A DNA stretch of 64,000 nt from Chlorokybus atmophyticus (taxonomy: Eukaryota; Plantae; Mesostigma and Chlorokybus algae): the NCBI GenBank assembly GCA_009103225.1, contig RHPI01002402.1, positions 62,001 through 126,000 of the forward strand, written 5' to 3'. This document shows, one piece after another, positions 62,951 to 64,000 of the stretch. Positions within the stretch are counted from its first letter, which is position 1; every line of letters starts with the position of its first letter. The notes beneath the pieces are model-generated. The model was not told where the DNA came from, made no database searches, and saw only the letters and a program-made list of their open reading frames with translations. A program made the position numbers and the translations under genes.

Positions 62951-64000
62951 ATGCGTGACCTGGATAGGGGTGGGAGTAGGAGTGGCTTCAGGGGTGGAGG
63001 GATGTGGCGGCCTTCGCTGGTTCGTTTGCTCCTGCTGCTAGGGCTGGAGCTGGTGGTGCTGAGAGGCAATGCCGTCCACGCCGCCGACAATGGCGGCAAG
63101 GTGGCCGGCGCCTACAGCCCGCACAAGGACGACTCGCAGGCACTCATCAACAACAGCGTAATTTTGGCAAACCACACTGTACATGTCGAGGGCCAGATTC
63201 ATCGTGTGCATGGCTCACGCACATGCACAGACGCACACATTGATCTCTTGCATGCAGCGACGCGTACCCACAGCCAAATGTCAGTACCTGAGCTTTCACA
63301 CAAGCACATTACAGAAGCTCTAAACTAACCACCGACACGTTCCCACAACACTTTCTTGTGTCAACACCCTCACTCCAAGCTGCCTCCTCATCGTCACACT
63401 CACTCACCTCTCCACTCTCCCACCCAGGCCGCATTCACCATCAACTCCTTTACCACCGACTCCTCCTCCTCCTCGTCCTTCCTCACCTTCGACGCCTTAT
63501 CCTTCCCCACCCAAGCCTCTTATCTCGCTGACCAGCTCGTCCGTCTCATCCCCGGCATCGACATCAACGCCGTCGACGAGACAGCCGACCTGGTGTCATG
63601 CCGGGTCCCAGCTGATAGGGTTGGGGAACTGAATGGGGTGACAGCGCTGAAGTTTGCGACGCCGGCTATCATGAGACAGATGAATAATGATGGGAGAGGG
63701 GCGGTGGTGACGCAGGTGGGTGTGGGTGTGCGTGCGTATGTGCCTGGTTTCGCGCACGTGACCGCATGAATGTTTTGTGTACGTGTGCGTGTGCCATTGT
63801 GTGTGTACGTGTGCACCTTTGTTTTATGCGCATGTGCGCTTGCCAGCTAGAGTACATGCATATATGTGAGTGCATAACCGGGTTGGCCTCACTTGTCTAA
63901 CTTGTGCAGGGAGATGCGGCAATGAGACTGGATGTGCTTAGGGAAGCTGTGAGGGGTCTGGATGGGAGAGGCGTCAAGGTTGGGGTCGTCTCGAACTCGT
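62951..64000 (+). CDS. Secreted subtilase (S8/S53 clan SB) of bacterial type, 5' part only; exons ~62951-63157, 63428-63715, 63910->end
   Basis: Signal peptide MWRPSLVRLLLLLGLELVVLRGNAVHA, prodomain-like exon, then spliced GAVVTQ|GDAAMRLDVLREAVRGLDGRGVKVGVVSNS, resembling the bacterial SQGD.AMRAD.AR...GVDG.GV.VGVLSDS start of the catalytic domain. Confidence 0.7.

Overview
Eukaryotic nuclear DNA from a green-lineage (Viridiplantae) alga, with short GT-AG introns, plastid transit peptides and scaffold gaps. Bases 1-49 kb are gene-dense housekeeping sequence. Genes recognised there: a FIST-domain protein, tRNA-Cys(GCA), a plastid NAD(P)-binding Rossmann protein, plastid ribosomal protein L31, VPS16, TFIIS, NUF2, FtsH11, a SOUL/HBP5-like protein, CDC45, a DsbA-like thioredoxin-fold protein, a plastid RsmH/MraW, a 2H cyclic phosphodiesterase and a P4H-like 2OG-Fe(II) oxygenase. 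The start of a bacterial-type subtilase gene lies at the right edge. The most unusual features are mobile elements. (1) Two different ~0.5 kb miniature LTR elements (TRIMs) and one solo LTR, each with a perfect 5-bp target-site duplication (TSD). In both TRIMs a tRNA-type Pol III A box lies inside the LTR, while the B box lies outside it, just after the primer-binding site (PBS), so only the 5' LTR junction forms a complete promoter. (2) A 7.1-kb CACTA-like DNA element (CACATGGC terminal inverted repeats, 3-bp TSD, subterminal CGGCAC arrays) nested in the second TRIM. It has no visible transposase and carries three decayed spliced genes (SAM-domain, BED-finger, unknown) plus a (TTAGGG)n tract. 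(3) A decayed Penelope-like reverse transcriptase and a TA-flanked MITE. All domain and family calls come from motif recognition by eye; no database search was run. Exon limits are hand-inferred.
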